Shown: positions 44,168 to 56,513 of the stretch, one piece after another
Layout of the letters: each line of letters starts with the position of its first letter
How positions within the stretch are numbered: the stretch's first letter is position 1
Position numbers and translations under genes: made by a program
Source of the DNA: Candidatus Atelocyanobacterium thalassae
Lineage (GTDB): Bacteria; Cyanobacteriota; Cyanobacteriia; Cyanobacteriales; Microcystaceae
Direction: 5' to 3'
DNA: 64,000 bases
NCBI GenBank assembly: GCA_051971635.1
Contig: JBFPLN010000003.1
Coordinates: 160,001-224,000 of the forward strand
The notes under the pieces: generated by a model
Seen by the model: the letters and a program-made list of their open reading frames with translations, nothing else
Databases searched by the model: none
Told to the model about the DNA's origin: nothing

Positions 44168-46105
44168 GTGTCGTTTAGAACTATTCGACAAAAACAAAAC
44201 GATAAAGAATTTTTGGCTATCAAAAATTCTTTTATTAGAGGAACTTTTCGTACTGTAAAAAAAACTACTCTGGGACTTAGTCTACTAACAACTTCAGTTG
44301 TTGTCGGAGGATTGGTAGGACTAGCTATTAGTTTCCGAAATTTACCTAATGTACGTACTCTTAGTAACTACTCTCCATCAGAAACTAGCTACGTTTATGA
44401 CATCAAAGGCAAGTTAATATCTCGACTTCATGGTGAGGCAAACCGCGAAGCTGTGGCGTTCAAACAAATTTCACCTAACCTAAAACGAGCAGTCTTGGCT
44501 ATTGAAGATAGTCACTTTTATCTACATCACGGGATCAATCCTAATAGTATAGGGAGAGCCATGTGGGTCAATTGGAAAAGTGGCGGAGTTGTAGAAGGCG
44601 CTTCAACATTAACTATGCAATTAGTTAAAAATATTTTTTTGAGCAGTGATCGGACTTTTAGTCGAAAACTTTCTGAAGCAGTCTTAGCAATTCGTATAGA
44701 GCAAGTATTTTCGAAAAATCAAATAATGGAAATGTACCTCAATAATATTTACTGGGGACATAACAATTATGGTGTACAAACTGCAGCGCAAAGTTATTTC
44801 AATAAACCTGCTGCTAAGTTAAATTTACCTGAAGCAGCTTTGATGGCAGGTTTAATTCAAGCTCCAGAAACACATAGTCCTTTTTTCGATTATAAAAAAG
44901 CAAAGAAAAGGCAAAAAGTTGTTCTTGATCGGATGGCTGCCTTAGGATGGATTACTGAGAAGGAAGCGACAATAGCTTACAAAACATCTTTAGAAATTGG
45001 AAAACCAACTTCATGGCAAGCGAGTAAGCTACCTTATGTTAGTGATACAGTGATGCAAGAACTGAAAGGTAAGTTCAGTAAAGATATAATATTGAAAGGC
45101 GGAATGCGTATACAAACGTCTATTGACTATGTTACACAACAAAAAGCTGAAAGGGCAGTTAAAAATGGATATAAAAAATTAAGACAGCAGGGTATATCTG
45201 CTAAAGATCTTCAAATTGCCTTAGTAGCTATTGATCCTCGTACTCATTTCATTAAAGCAATTGTTGGGGGAGTAAATTACAATACAAGCCAGTTGAACCG
45301 GGCTACTCAATCCCGTCGTCAACCAGGTTCATCTTTTAAACCATTTGTCTATTATACAGCATTTGCTAGTGGAAAGTTTACACCAAGCTCAGTAATCAAT
45401 GATAGCCCCGTTAGTTATAAAGATGGGGCGGGACAATTATATAGCCCTAAAAATTATGGTGGAAAGTTTTCAGGAACTATGTCAATAAAGTCCGCCTTAA
45501 TGAAGTCTCGTAATGTTCCTGCCGTAATTATTGGACAAAAAGTCGGAGTAAGAAAAATAATTGACGTTTGCCGTTTATTAGGGATAACTAGTCCTATGCG
45601 TCCAGTAATTTCTCTTCCTCTAGGAGCTGGGGATATTACGCCTTTGGAAATGGCTAATGCTTATGCAACTTTCGCTAGCAACGGTTGGTATGCTGACCCT
45701 ACCATTATTCTTAAAGTCACTGATAGTAAAGGTAATATTCTACTAGATAATACTCCTCAACCATACTTTGTTCTTGATCCCTGGGCGACATCTTCTTTGA
45801 CTAGTGTTTTACAAGAAGTTATTCAAAGAGGTACAGGAAGAGCAGCTAATATTGGCAGACCGGCAGCAGGAAAAACTGGAACTACAGATAATGAGCGCAA
45901 TGTTTGGTTTGTAGGTTACGTGCCCCAATTAGCAACTGCTGTATGGGTCGGTGATGACGCTAATCGAACTATGGGGAAAGGTATAACAGGAGGCGGTCAT
46001 GCGGCACCTATATGGCGTAGCTTTATGAAAGAAGCTTTGAAAAATGAACCAATCAAGCAATTTCATGCAGCCTCTAAATTTTCTCGTCCTCAAACTAAAA
46101 AATAA
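44168..46105 (+). CDS. Class A penicillin-binding protein (PBP1A family)
   Basis: AIEDSHF, GASTLTMQL, RKLSE, SSFK, SRN, KTGT. GTG at 44168 after GAGG preferred over 44093. Confidence 0.93.
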   Translation: MSFRTIRQKQNDKEFLAIKNSFIRGTFRTVKKTTLGLSLLTTSVVVGGLVGLAISFRNLPNVRTLSNYSPSETSYVYDIKGKLISRLHGEANREAVAFKQISPNLKRAVLAIEDSHFYLHHGINPNSIGRAMWVNWKSGGVVEGASTLTMQLVKNIFLSSDRTFSRKLSEAVLAIRIEQVFSKNQIMEMYLNNIYWGHNNYGVQTAAQSYFNKPAAKLNLPEAALMAGLIQAPETHSPFFDYKKAKKRQKVVLDRMAALGWITEKEATIAYKTSLEIGKPTSWQASKLPYVSDTVMQELKGKFSKDIILKGGMRIQTSIDYVTQQKAERAVKNGYKKLRQQGISAKDLQIALVAIDPRTHFIKAIVGGVNYNTSQLNRATQSRRQPGSSFKPFVYYTAFASGKFTPSSVINDSPVSYKDGAGQLYSPKNYGGKFSGTMSIKSALMKSRNVPAVIIGQKVGVRKIIDVCRLLGITSPMRPVISLPLGAGDITPLEMANAYATFASNGWYADPTIILKVTDSKGNILLDNTPQPYFVLDPWATSSLTSVLQEVIQRGTGRAANIGRPAAGKTGTTDNERNVWFVGYVPQLATAVWVGDDANRTMGKGITGGGHAAPIWRSFMKEALKNEPIKQFHAASKFSRPQTKK

Positions 46106-46419
46106 AGCTAATATTAGTTTTGTTAATTAAAGATTTTAAAAATAGATTTCAAGAATTAATAATATTAAGCACTTAAATCTATTATCTTTACAACAATATA
46201 TCTTCAGTTTTATAAAGTTTATTTAGTTAGACTTATAAAAATGTATAAGTAATCCTAATTCATGAACAATAGTAATTTTTGTCTTTAATGATTAATTTCA
46301 TATTGGTTAGTACTTTTATTTTAAGGCAACCATACCTCAATTAGATAAAAGTCATGTACACTATTTAGATATTTGTTAAAGCCAAAATACTTTCCTTCTT
46401 ATTTAAGTAGTTTTAAATT

Positions 46420-49041
46420 ATGTCTTTTGTTGGTTTACACATACACAGTGACTATAGTTTACTTGATGGAGCATCTCAATTAGATGCTTTGGTTGATCGT
46501 GCTATTGAATTGGGGATGCCTGCAATAGCTCTAACTGATCATGGAGTTATGTATGGAGCGATTGAATTAATTAAAGTTTGTAAAAGCAAAAATATTAAGC
46601 CTATTATCGGCAATGAGATGTATGTCATAAACGGAGACATTAGGGAAAAAAAACGATATAAAAAGTATCATCAAGTTGTTTTAGCTAAAAATACACAGGG
46701 ATATAAAAATCTATCAAAACTTACTACAATTTCTCATCTTCAAGGAGTACAAGGTAAAGGAATATTTTCACGTCCTTGTATTAATAAGGAGTTATTACAG
46801 AAATATCATGAAGGATTAATAGTAACTAGTGCTTGCTTAGGAGGAGAAATACCTCAAAATATATTAGCAGGAGATATCCAGGGTGCAATAGAGGTAGCTC
46901 AATGGTACAAAGAATTATTTACAGATGATTTTTATCTAGAAATTCAAGATCATGGATCTATAGAAGATAGAATTGTAAACGTCGCAATTAACAAAATTGC
47001 TCAGGATTTAAATATTCAAATTGTAGCTACTAATGATTCTCACTTCATTTCTTGCTATGATGTTGAGGCGCACGACGCCTTATTGTGCATTCAAACTGGA
47101 AAACTGATTTCCGATGAAAAAAGGCTAAGATATAGCGGAACCGAATATTTAAAGTCTACTGATGAAATGAAATTACTTTTTCGAGATCATCTTACTGATG
47201 ATGTTATAGAAAAAGCGATTAATAATACTATAGAAGTTGCTAATAAGGTTGATACTTATCATATTTTAGGGGAACCACGTATCCCTGATTATCCAGTTCC
47301 TTTAGGACATAATCTTGATAGTTATGTGAAAGAGCTTAGTTTAGAAGGATTGTTAAAAAGATTAGAGTGTGAGTCTATAAACGAAGTTTCAGAAGAATAT
47401 AAAGAGCGCTTAGAATATGAGTTAGATATGCTTGTAAAAATGGGATTTTCAAGTTACTTCTTAGTGGTTTGGGATTATATCAAGTACGCAAGAGATAATA
47501 AAATTCCTGTGGGCCCAGGAAGAGGATCTGCAGCAGGCTCTTTAGTAGCCTATGCTTTAAAAATTACAAATATTGATCCTATTTATCACGGCTTACTTTT
47601 CGAAAGGTTTTTAAATCCTGAAAGAAAATCTATGCCTGATGTTGATACAGATTTTTGTATTGAGAAACGCGATGAAATGATTAGATATGTAACAAAAAAA
47701 TACGGTGAGAAAAATGTTGCCCAAATTATTACATTTAATCGGATGACTTCTAAAGCTGTTTTAAAGGACGTAGCAAGGGTATTAAATATTCCGTATTCTG
47801 AATCAGATAAAATGACTAAAATGATTCCTGTAACAAGGGGAAAACCGGCTAAATTAAAGGTAATGGTTTCTGACGAAACTCCTTCTCAAGATTTTAAAAA
47901 TCGATATGATCAAGATCCACTTGTTAGACGATGGTTAGATATGGCTATTCGTATTGAGGGCACTAATAAAACATTTGGAGTTCATGCAGCAGGGGTAGTA
48001 ATTTCTTCAGAACCTTTAGATGAAATTGTTCCTTTACAAAAAAATAATGACGGAGCAGTAATAACACAGTATTACATGGAAGATTTAGAGTCATTAGGTC
48101 TACTAAAAATGGATTTTTTAGGACTAAGAAATTTAACAACAATACAACGAGCTGCCGATCTAATTGAAAAGAATCAGAACATTAAATTAGATTTAGATAA
48201 ATTACCTCTTGACGAAAGAGAGGCTTTGAGAAGATTGGATCAAGAAAAAAATATAAAATTACCTGTTGATATTGAAAAAACTCATAAATTATTAGAGAAA
48301 GGTGACTTAGAGGGAATTTTTCAATTAGAGTCTTCAGGAATGAAGCAAATAGTTAAAGATTTAAAACCATCAAGAATAGAAGATATATCTTCTATTCTTG
48401 CTTTATATCGCCCTGGACCACTAGATGCAGGATTAATACCAAAATTTATTAATCGTAAACATGGTAGAGAGAAAATTAAATATGAACATAAACTCTTAGA
48501 GCCTATTTTAAAAGAAACTTATGCTGTTTTAGTTTATCAAGAGCAAATCATGACAATGGCACAAGATTTAGCTGGATATTCTCTTGGAGAAGCAGATTTG
48601 TTACGTCGTGCTATGGGTAAGAAAAAAGCATCAGAGATGGAAAAACATCAACAAAATTTTATTGATGGATCAGTTAAGAACGGAGTCTCTCAAGCTGTTG
48701 CAGAAAATTTATTCCAACAGATGGTTAAGTTTGCTGAATATTGTCTTAGTTATCATACACAAGTTATGACAGTTGAGTATGGACCATTACCTATTGGAAA
48801 AATAGTACAAGAAAATATTGAATGCAAAGTTTATACCATTAATAGTCAAGGACTTGTCTATACCCAATCAATTGCTCAATGGCATGATAGAGGAGAACAA
48901 GAAATTTTTGAATACTATCTTGATGACGAAACAATCATTAGAGCAACTAAAGATCATCAATTTATGACTATTGATGACGTAATGATGCCTATTGATGAAA
49001 TTTTTGAAAAAGGATTAGACTTGAAGAAAATCAAATTGTAG
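46420..49041 (+). CDS. dnaE: DNA polymerase III alpha subunit, N-terminal half fused to split-intein N-fragment
   Basis: PHP domain [23 protein letters not shown]; extein ends at KFAEY (residue 774). Confidence 0.97.
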   Translation: MSFVGLHIHSDYSLLDGASQLDALVDRAIELGMPAIALTDHGVMYGAIELIKVCKSKNIKPIIGNEMYVINGDIREKKRYKKYHQVVLAKNTQGYKNLSKLTTISHLQGVQGKGIFSRPCINKELLQKYHEGLIVTSACLGGEIPQNILAGDIQGAIEVAQWYKELFTDDFYLEIQDHGSIEDRIVNVAINKIAQDLNIQIVATNDSHFISCYDVEAHDALLCIQTGKLISDEKRLRYSGTEYLKSTDEMKLLFRDHLTDDVIEKAINNTIEVANKVDTYHILGEPRIPDYPVPLGHNLDSYVKELSLEGLLKRLECESINEVSEEYKERLEYELDMLVKMGFSSYFLVVWDYIKYARDNKIPVGPGRGSAAGSLVAYALKITNIDPIYHGLLFERFLNPERKSMPDVDTDFCIEKRDEMIRYVTKKYGEKNVAQIITFNRMTSKAVLKDVARVLNIPYSESDKMTKMIPVTRGKPAKLKVMVSDETPSQDFKNRYDQDPLVRRWLDMAIRIEGTNKTFGVHAAGVVISSEPLDEIVPLQKNNDGAVITQYYMEDLESLGLLKMDFLGLRNLTTIQRAADLIEKNQNIKLDLDKLPLDEREALRRLDQEKNIKLPVDIEKTHKLLEKGDLEGIFQLESSGMKQIVKDLKPSRIEDISSILALYRPGPLDAGLIPKFINRKHGREKIKYEHKLLEPILKETYAVLVYQEQIMTMAQDLAGYSLGEADLLRRAMGKKKASEMEKHQQNFIDGSVKNGVSQAVAENLFQQMVKFAEYCLSYHTQVMTVEYGPLPIGKIVQENIECKVYTINSQGLVYTQSIAQWHDRGEQEIFEYYLDDETIIRATKDHQFMTIDDVMMPIDEIFEKGLDLKKIKL
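48742..49038 (+). other. DnaE split intein N-fragment (99 aa)
   Basis: Block [23 protein letters not shown], block B IRATKDH; ORF stops with no C-terminal splice motif. Confidence 0.95.
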
Positions 49042-49109
49042 AAAAATAAATTAAATTGTAAATGAATTGTTCCTACATCTTCAAGCGCAAGTAATAAATG
49101 ATTAAACTA

Positions 49110-50081
49110 TTAATAAAGCCTGTTTAGCACATAACCAACAAGTTCAGCGAGGGATTGAGAAAATGGAGATGGTTCAAGACAGTCCAACTGTTCAATAGCT
49201 AATTGAGCATAATATTTTGCCAGTTCTTGTGAACGTTGAATTCCTTTACTTTCAGCTACTATTGATAGGGCTTTTTCTATATCTTTTTCTTCATTAAACT
49301 CTCTTTTAATGAGTTTTGCCAAGTATGGTGTTTCTTCCATTGCAAATAAAGTAGGAGCAGTTATATTACCGTTAATTAAGTCTGAACCCGCAGGTTTTCC
49401 TAACACTTTTGTTGGTGAAGTAAAGTCAAGAATATCATCGACAATTTGAAAAGCTAGTCCTAAACATCTTCCATAGGTATAAACACTGTTAATAATATCT
49501 GAAGAAGAGTTACTTAAAATAGTTGCAGATTTAGCACTATTAGCAATTAAGGAAGCTGTTTTATAATAACTTTTATCTAAATACGAATCTAAAGTTAGAG
49601 TTGTATCAAAACGTTTAATTCCTTGAGAAATTTCACCTTCTGCAAAATCGCGAATAACTTCAGAAAGTAGTTTTACTACTTGTAAATTATCCAGATTAGC
49701 TAAGTACCAAGAAGATTGAGCAAACAGAAAATCTCCTGCAAGGACAGCAATCCGATTATCAAAAAGGCTATTTACTGTAGGAACATTACGTCGTAAAACT
49801 GCCTCGTCGACTATATCATCATGAACTAGACTCGCAGTGTGAATCATTTCAGTTATTTCCGCAAGTCGACGATGATGGGGGGTAATATCACCTTCTAACA
49901 TAGTCGCTTTAGATACTAGTAGTACTATGGCAGGACGAATATGTTTGCCTCCAGCATCAAACAAATGTTCAGCTGCTGCACTAAGAATAGGATGTCGTGT
50001 TCCAACTAAACTCTTTAAATTATTTCTTAAAAGGTTTAAATCGTCTTCTACGGGAGAAAAAAGAGAGGTTTTTGAGGTCAT
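49110..50081 (-). CDS. sds: Solanesyl diphosphate synthase
   Basis: GGKHIRP, EMIHTASLVHDD, KTASL, FQIVDD; murI-sds synteny. Confidence 0.9.
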   Translation of the reverse strand: MTSKTSLFSPVEDDLNLLRNNLKSLVGTRHPILSAAAEHLFDAGGKHIRPAIVLLVSKATMLEGDITPHHRRLAEITEMIHTASLVHDDIVDEAVLRRNVPTVNSLFDNRIAVLAGDFLFAQSSWYLANLDNLQVVKLLSEVIRDFAEGEISQGIKRFDTTLTLDSYLDKSYYKTASLIANSAKSATILSNSSSDIINSVYTYGRCLGLAFQIVDDILDFTSPTKVLGKPAGSDLINGNITAPTLFAMEETPYLAKLIKREFNEEKDIEKALSIVAESKGIQRSQELAKYYAQLAIEQLDCLEPSPFSQSLAELVGYVLNRLY

Positions 50082-50505
50082 ACGGTTAGCTAAACCTGAT
50101 TATTCAGTCATAAAATTTTACATACCGCTATATTTATTCTAAGCTAACCTTTCCACACTAGGAAGCCCTGTAATTTTTTTTTTAATAGTGATACTACTAA
50201 ATGTTTAAAAAAACTTGAATTAGTTAAAATAACCATTTACTAAATTACTATATATGATAGTTTATTAATAAAAACTTTAACAACCCAATATATATGAAAA
50301 GTGATAGTATTTTTCATGACTAGAAATCTAAAATCAGAAATTGTCATACGTAATCTTGATTGTGTCTTATTATGTATGAACAATAAATGGCTATACTTTG
50401 AGTTATTACAAAATCAGTTGCTAAATTAGAAATAAGTTATCAAGAATAATATGGAAGTTAGTTTTTTTACTCATTTTATCTTTAATCATTAACTACTAAG
50501 GACTA

Positions 50506-51312
50506 TTACTTAATGAAAGAAACAAAGTCAACTAGAGGATAGTACCCTAACCATTTTTTAGAAAGACGAGAAAATTTCTTTGGAGAACCAGAAGTAACAA
50601 ATTTTACGTTAAAGTAAGAATTTTTTCTATGTAAATTCATTACTTCTAGCTCTTTCCTTATTGATTGTGCCACATAGTATGCAGGATCTATCAATTCAAT
50701 TTTAGAAGGTATAATATTTTTAATTATTTTTTCTAAATGTTTATAGTGAGTACAGCCATATACAAGCGTATCAATATTTTTTTCTAATAAAGGATTAATA
50801 TATTTTTTAAGAATGTTTTGCGTATGGGAATCGTAAATTTTATTACGCTCAATTAGAGGAACAAGTTCAGGACAACCTACTTGCCATACTTTTATGTCAG
50901 AATTAATTTCTTGAATAGCTTTGCGATAAGAATCGCTTTTGGCAGTTGCAAGAGTAGAAATGATCCCAATCCGCTGTCCATATTCTGTAGCTGCTTTAGC
51001 TCCAGGAGAAATTACTCCCAAAATAGGAAAATCAAACTCTTTACGAACAGCCTCTAAAGCTAGGGCAGAACTAGTATTACAAGCCATAACAGCCATCTTT
51101 ACTTTATTATGGCTCATCCAGGTTAATATTTCTCTAGCAAATCGTAATATTTCAGTCGAAGAGCGGTTTCCATAAGGAAGTCTAGCATTATCAGCAAAGT
51201 ATAAAATTGACTCTTGAGGTAGTAATTTATGAATTTCTTGAAAGACAGTTAGTCCTCCTACCCCACTATCAAAAATTCCTATTGGACAATTATTCACTGT
51301 TCTCATCTGCAA
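50506..51312 (-). CDS. murI: Glutamate racemase
   Basis: FDSGVGG, PYG, ACNTSS, GCTHY. Confidence 0.97.
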   Translation of the reverse strand: MQMRTVNNCPIGIFDSGVGGLTVFQEIHKLLPQESILYFADNARLPYGNRSSTEILRFAREILTWMSHNKVKMAVMACNTSSALALEAVRKEFDFPILGVISPGAKAATEYGQRIGIISTLATAKSDSYRKAIQEINSDIKVWQVGCPELVPLIERNKIYDSHTQNILKKYINPLLEKNIDTLVYGCTHYKHLEKIIKNIIPSKIELIDPAYYVAQSIRKELEVMNLHRKNSYFNVKFVTSGSPKKFSRLSKKWLGYYPLVDFVSFIK

Positions 51313-51612
51313 TTATTTTATAAAAAATTCTTTAATAACCAAAAATAGTATTATATTCATGTTAATTATGTCGTGCAAAAAAGAATAGTTAAAATTTTTG
51401 TTTTAAGGATAATTTTGTGGGTCCTAATAAAAATAGCTAAATATTTTAATACGGAATATTTTCAATTTTTTTAACTAACTAGTTTCTAGTAATTTAAAGA
51501 AGTTAGTATCCTGATATTTTTTATTAGGTAAAGTCAATATTTTTTATTTTAATGCATGATTAAAAATATTAAGACGACATGATCTATTGTGCTAGATTTT
51601 TATTAATCTAAA

Positions 51613-53004
51613 TTAGGTAATATTTTGTTTCTGAGGAGTAAGGAAGGGCTCTTTTAAAATACTTCTAAGAAGAAGAGGAGCCAAGAAAGTCGTAAAAATA
51701 ACCATTACAATAATTGACGCTTCTATAGGTTTAGATAATACACCACTAGCTGAACCAACACCTACAAATACTAAACCAACCTCACCTCGAGGAATCATTC
51801 CTACACCAATAGCAAGTTTATTAAGTTCAGTCTGACCAATAATAGTAAATCCAGAAATAATTTTCCCTACAATAGCTACAAATATTAAAAATCCAGCTAA
51901 AATCAATCCTTCTCTATTATTTGGATCAGTGGGATTTAGAACACTTAAATCTGTTTTCGCTCCGACACATACAAAAAATATAGGAACAAAAATATCAGAA
52001 ATAGGGGCTATTAAATCTTGGAGTTGTTTACGTTTTTCTGTCTCTGCTAAAACTAATCCCGCAGCAAAAGAACCGAGAATAGTTTCTAGATGAATGATTT
52101 GAGCTATATAAGATAGTACAAAAGCAAAGCATAAAGATATTAATAATAACTGACCCCTGGTCTTCATCTTATCGACTAACTTAACGTATGTTGGATGCAA
52201 CAGACGTCCTACAAAAATTGCTCCGATCAAAAATACAGCTGCACTAAAAGATAAATAAACAATATTAATGATCTCAACTTGTCCTGTCTTAATTAAACTT
52301 GCTACTACTGCTAGAACAATAATTCCTAAGATGTCATCTAAAACAGCTGCTCCAATTATAATTTGTCCCTCTGGAGAGCTAAGATGACCAAGTTCAGCTA
52401 AAACTTTAGCTGTAATTCCAATACTGGTAGCTGTTAAAGCCGCACCAGCAAAAATTGAAGGAATTATATCAATATGAAATAAATAAGTTAAACCTAAAGT
52501 TCCTAATACAAATGGAGCAACCACGCCAGCTACTGCCACCATTATTGACTGAGGACCAACACTAATTAATTCTTTTAAATTAGATTCTAGACCAATTTCA
52601 AATAAAAGAATAATAACACCAAGTTCCGAAAGAATCGAAATGATTTCGCCCTGAGAATTAAAAATAGTTTGCATATTTTCAGGAGTGACATCAGCTGTAA
52701 ATTGCAAGAACTTCATAATCAATGAGTTATTTGCAGTATTCATACCTTCTGGAAAAACCAGTAACCCTAAAATAGATATGCCTATTACTACTCCTCCGAC
52801 TAATTCTCCCAGTACGGGAGGAAGATCGATACGAGCACAAATTTCACCTCCTAATTTACTTGCAAAATAAATTATTACTAGACTAAGCAATATACTAGCT
52901 AAAACAAGAGAAGTATCAGCATCTGTATGCTCTGGTATTGTTGCTAAGAAAGAAATATAAAAATTGTAATCTATAAAATTTAAAATTGAACTCAATATAT
53001 CCAT
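51613..53004 (-). CDS. nhaS3: Na+/H+ antiporter, CPA2 family (NhaS3-like)
   Basis: LLFEIGLE, ATSIGIT, AAVLDD, GMIPRGEV. Confidence 0.8.
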   Translation of the reverse strand: MDILSSILNFIDYNFYISFLATIPEHTDADTSLVLASILLSLVIIYFASKLGGEICARIDLPPVLGELVGGVVIGISILGLLVFPEGMNTANNSLIMKFLQFTADVTPENMQTIFNSQGEIISILSELGVIILLFEIGLESNLKELISVGPQSIMVAVAGVVAPFVLGTLGLTYLFHIDIIPSIFAGAALTATSIGITAKVLAELGHLSSPEGQIIIGAAVLDDILGIIVLAVVASLIKTGQVEIINIVYLSFSAAVFLIGAIFVGRLLHPTYVKLVDKMKTRGQLLLISLCFAFVLSYIAQIIHLETILGSFAAGLVLAETEKRKQLQDLIAPISDIFVPIFFVCVGAKTDLSVLNPTDPNNREGLILAGFLIFVAIVGKIISGFTIIGQTELNKLAIGVGMIPRGEVGLVFVGVGSASGVLSKPIEASIIVMVIFTTFLAPLLLRSILKEPFLTPQKQNIT

Positions 53005-53535
53005 ACAAATCTGTGTTTACCTAAAAAAATAGCTACATTTGATAATAATCTAAGTAAAATAATTGTTATATACTTTACATAACACATCAACTTTTAAGTA
53101 TTTAAAAGCATCCTAAACATTTAAAAATTAAAAGCTTTTTGTGTTTTAAGTTAGAGGCATCATTGAAGAAATAATATACTACCATTGTATTACTTAATAT
53201 GAAAAACATATTGAATTAATTTTAAAAATTAATATGTAAAATCATTTATGTTTTTAAAAAAATAATCCTACGTTAGTATTAGTATGGCATTATTAGCTTT
53301 CTTTAATTCGTTTCAAATAAATTAATACGAACTATTTTCTACAATATAGTACAACGATACTTTCTTGCTAACACTTTATTTTTAATGTAAAAAAACAAAG
53401 AAATTAATAAGTAAGCTAGTCAACAAGTAATGACTAGTTTACTATGTAAAGCTACCCGATTATGAATCATAATCATTTTACATAATAACCAGTTCTTATT
53501 AAACTAAGAAAAGTATAAAAAAGGTTAAATTCATT

Positions 53536-54579
53536 ATGGCCCTATTACTTGCTGGAGACATCGGTGGAACTAAAACGATTTTAAGTTTAGTTAACTCAGA
53601 AAGTGTTGAAAACGGTCAGAAATTACCCCAGCAAAAAAGCTTATATGAAAAAACATATCCTAGTCAAGAATTTACAGATCTTGTACCAATCGTAAGACAT
53701 TTTTACGAAGAAGCAGGACTTGAACTGGGTTCAAAAGTAATAGTAAAAAATGCTTGTTTTGGGATTGCTGGTCCAGTAATTAATAACACTTCAAAACTAA
53801 CTAATCTGAACTGGTTTTTAACTAATAAACGCTTACAGGAAGAACTTTTTATAGATAAAATTAACTTGATTAATGACTTTGTGGCTATTAGCTATGGTAT
53901 CTTGGGTTTAAAAAGCGAAGATTTGTATACTTTACAGAATGTTAAGCCAAAATCAAAATCTCCTATAGCTGTTTTAGGAGCAGGTACAGGGTTAGGAGAA
54001 GGTTTTTTGATACCTTCGGAAAAAGGAAAGTACCTGGCTTTTCCATCCGAAGGTTCTCATGCGGATTTTGCGCCACATAATAGTTTAGGATTTGAATTAT
54101 CAACATATATCAAAGAAAAATATAACCTATCGAGAATATCAGTTGAGAGAGTGGTTTCTGGAATAGGAATCAGTACAATATATCAATTTTTACGCCAGAA
54201 ATATCCTGAAAAAGAAACAGAAAAAATGAGGGTAGCTTACAAAGCTTGGGAGGCTAAAAAAACTATTAATATCTCGGCAACTATATCCAAAACTGCAATG
54301 GAAGATGATGATTTTTTATGTCAGCAAACAATGAAACTTTTCATTGAATCTTATGGCTCAGAAGCAGGTAACTTAGCTTTAAAATTATTGCCATATAGTG
54401 GACTATATATTGCCGGAGGAATAGCTGCAAAGATATTACCCTTAATGAAAAGTGAGATATTTACAGATTCTTTTAAATCTAAAGGAAGAATGAGCTCTCT
54501 CTTATCTGAAATTCCTATACATATAATATTGAACCCAAAAGTTGGTTTAATTGGAGCTGCATTATATGCAGCTCAGTAA
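53536..54579 (+). CDS. glk: Glucokinase (Glk family)
   Basis: AGDIGGT, GIAGP, LINDF, GAGTGLG, SEGSH, ERVVSG, GGIA. Confidence 0.95.
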   Translation: MALLLAGDIGGTKTILSLVNSESVENGQKLPQQKSLYEKTYPSQEFTDLVPIVRHFYEEAGLELGSKVIVKNACFGIAGPVINNTSKLTNLNWFLTNKRLQEELFIDKINLINDFVAISYGILGLKSEDLYTLQNVKPKSKSPIAVLGAGTGLGEGFLIPSEKGKYLAFPSEGSHADFAPHNSLGFELSTYIKEKYNLSRISVERVVSGIGISTIYQFLRQKYPEKETEKMRVAYKAWEAKKTINISATISKTAMEDDDFLCQQTMKLFIESYGSEAGNLALKLLPYSGLYIAGGIAAKILPLMKSEIFTDSFKSKGRMSSLLSEIPIHIILNPKVGLIGAALYAAQ

Positions 54580-54605
54580 AAAATCTAATTTACTTTTCAC
54601 AATTT

Positions 54606-55733
54606 ATGAGTTATAAACATACAATTGTTGTTAAAATCGGTACTTCGAATCTTACTCAACCAGAGACAAGAAAATTAGTTTTATCGACAATTAATTCTTT
54701 AGTTAAAACATTAACTAAGTTAAGACAATTAGGTCACAATATTGTTTTAGTTTCATCAGGAGCTGTCGGAGTAGGCTGTAGCCGCTTAAAGATAAAAGAA
54801 ACGCCTAAAAAAATTTCTTTAAAACAGGCAATCGCCGCAGTGGGACAAGGAAGGTTAATGCATGTATATGACGAACTTTTCACATCAATAGATCAGCCAA
54901 TAGCACAAATTTTATTGACTCGACGAGAATTGATGGAAAGAAGTTGTTACATAAATGCTAGAAATACTTTTAATGCTTTATTTAAATTAGGAGTAATTCC
55001 TATTGTTAATGAAAATGATACGGTTGCTATTGAAGAATTGAAATTTGGTGATAATGATACTCTTTCGGCCTCAGTCGCAAGTCTGATTAATGCAGATTGG
55101 TTATTTATATTAACAGATGTTGATTATCTTTATTCTGCCGACCCACGTTTATTCCCTGATGCTCAACCTATTAGTAACGTCGATAGTATACAGTTAGCTA
55201 AGTTACAAGTTCAAGCTAATAGTACAGGCTCTCAATGGGGAACAGGTGGAATGCTGACTAAATTAACAGCAGCGAAGTTAGCTACTAAAGCAGGAATAAC
55301 AACAGTTATTACTAATGGCAAATATCCAGAAAATTTAATTAAAATCGTTGATGGTGAAAATATTGGAACTAAATTTAGTGCATATTTAGATAACGATAAT
55401 GCCAGAAAACGTTGGATTGCTTATGGTTTATTGCCTGCAGGAAAACTTTATCTCAACAAAGAGTCAGTCATAGCAATTTCTCAAAAAGGAAAATCATTAT
55501 TAGTAGCAGGTGTTATAAAAGCTGAAGGAGATTTCAAATCTTTTGAGGCAGTTAAATTGTGTGATGAAATGGGACAAGAAATAGCAAGAGGAATCGTCAA
55601 TTACAGTAAACATGAAATTGATAAAATCAATGGAAACCGCTTAGATAATATATCTAGCTTACCAAATTGCAATAGATATGAGACGATTGTACATAAAAAC
55701 AATTTAGTTATTAGTAAAATTTCTAGATCATAA
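54606..55733 (+). CDS. proB: Glutamate 5-kinase with PUA domain
   Basis: VVKIGT, SSGAV, AAVGQ, NENDTV, FGDND, GTGGM. Confidence 0.96.
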   Translation: MSYKHTIVVKIGTSNLTQPETRKLVLSTINSLVKTLTKLRQLGHNIVLVSSGAVGVGCSRLKIKETPKKISLKQAIAAVGQGRLMHVYDELFTSIDQPIAQILLTRRELMERSCYINARNTFNALFKLGVIPIVNENDTVAIEELKFGDNDTLSASVASLINADWLFILTDVDYLYSADPRLFPDAQPISNVDSIQLAKLQVQANSTGSQWGTGGMLTKLTAAKLATKAGITTVITNGKYPENLIKIVDGENIGTKFSAYLDNDNARKRWIAYGLLPAGKLYLNKESVIAISQKGKSLLVAGVIKAEGDFKSFEAVKLCDEMGQEIARGIVNYSKHEIDKINGNRLDNISSLPNCNRYETIVHKNNLVISKISRS

Positions 55734-55812
55734 TCTATATAATTAAAGCTGTACGGTTGAAAATATATATTTGTATATTTAAAAAGACTAAAAGACTAAT
55801 AAGGTATCTAAT

Positions 55813-55846
55813 AATTAAGTCTACGAAAAAGTTCGTAGACTTAATT
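55813..55846. terminator. Perfect 15-bp-arm hairpin between convergent proB and petE
   Basis: aattaagtctacgaa-aaag-ttcgtagacttaatt. Confidence 0.75.
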
Positions 55847-55870
55847 GTAAAACTATAATTTTCAGTATGA

Positions 55871-56230
55871 TTACTGTACAATAATTTTACCAACCATTCC
55901 AGCTCCGCGATGAGGTTCACAATAGTAGGTATATTCCCCAGTTTCATTGAAGGTGCTTTCAAATGATTCTCCAGGAGAAAAAAGTAATCCTTTATGAGAA
56001 TATTCTGAAGCATTTTCAAATACAACATTATGAGGAGCTAACTTATTATTGACCCATTTAACAGTATCTCCTGACTTAACTGTCACTGTTTTTGGTTCAA
56101 ATCCTAGCATTCCAGAATCGGTTCCCATTTTTACTTCAAAAGTTTTAGCTGCAGCAGGGCTAGCTGCAACAAAAAAACTAGAAATAACTAGGCAAAATGC
56201 AGCAATGAGCAATCCTAATTTTTTTAGCAT
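55871..56230 (-). CDS. petE: Plastocyanin precursor
   Basis: Signal peptide ending AAA; Cu ligands PHN and [10 protein letters not shown]. Confidence 0.97.
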   Translation of the reverse strand: MLKKLGLLIAAFCLVISSFFVAASPAAAKTFEVKMGTDSGMLGFEPKTVTVKSGDTVKWVNNKLAPHNVVFENASEYSHKGLLFSPGESFESTFNETGEYTYYCEPHRGAGMVGKIIVQ

Positions 56231-56443
56231 ATTATTGTTCCTACCAGTATCTTAATTAGAAGAAAAATTAACGTAACTCGTTCAGTTATACATCTTACTA
56301 TAAAGCTAATAACGAAGTTTGACAACCTGTCTTTGGACAAAAGTTAATATTTTTGCTTTGCTTTAATGGATATATTGTCGATTAATATTTATTGATTAAT
56401 ATTTAGTAAAATATTACTAAATGTTAGTCAATAAAGCTTTATT

Positions 56444-56479
56444 AATATGATGGTCCATTAAATATTGAACCATCATATT
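56444..56479 (-). terminator. Hairpin downstream of typA
   Basis: aatatgatggt...accatcatatt, 11-bp perfect arms. Confidence 0.55.
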
Positions 56480-56513
56480 GTAGATATTTAGTCCTTTAAA
56501 CTAGTTTGCAAAA

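Noticed and set aside
50084..50149. 8-bp pairing (ggttagct/agctaacc) around the sds leader
   Set aside because: Too short and too far apart to support without conservation data.
55735..56255. ORFs 55735-56028 and 56049-56255
   Set aside because: Overlap petE in another frame or antisense and cross its terminator.
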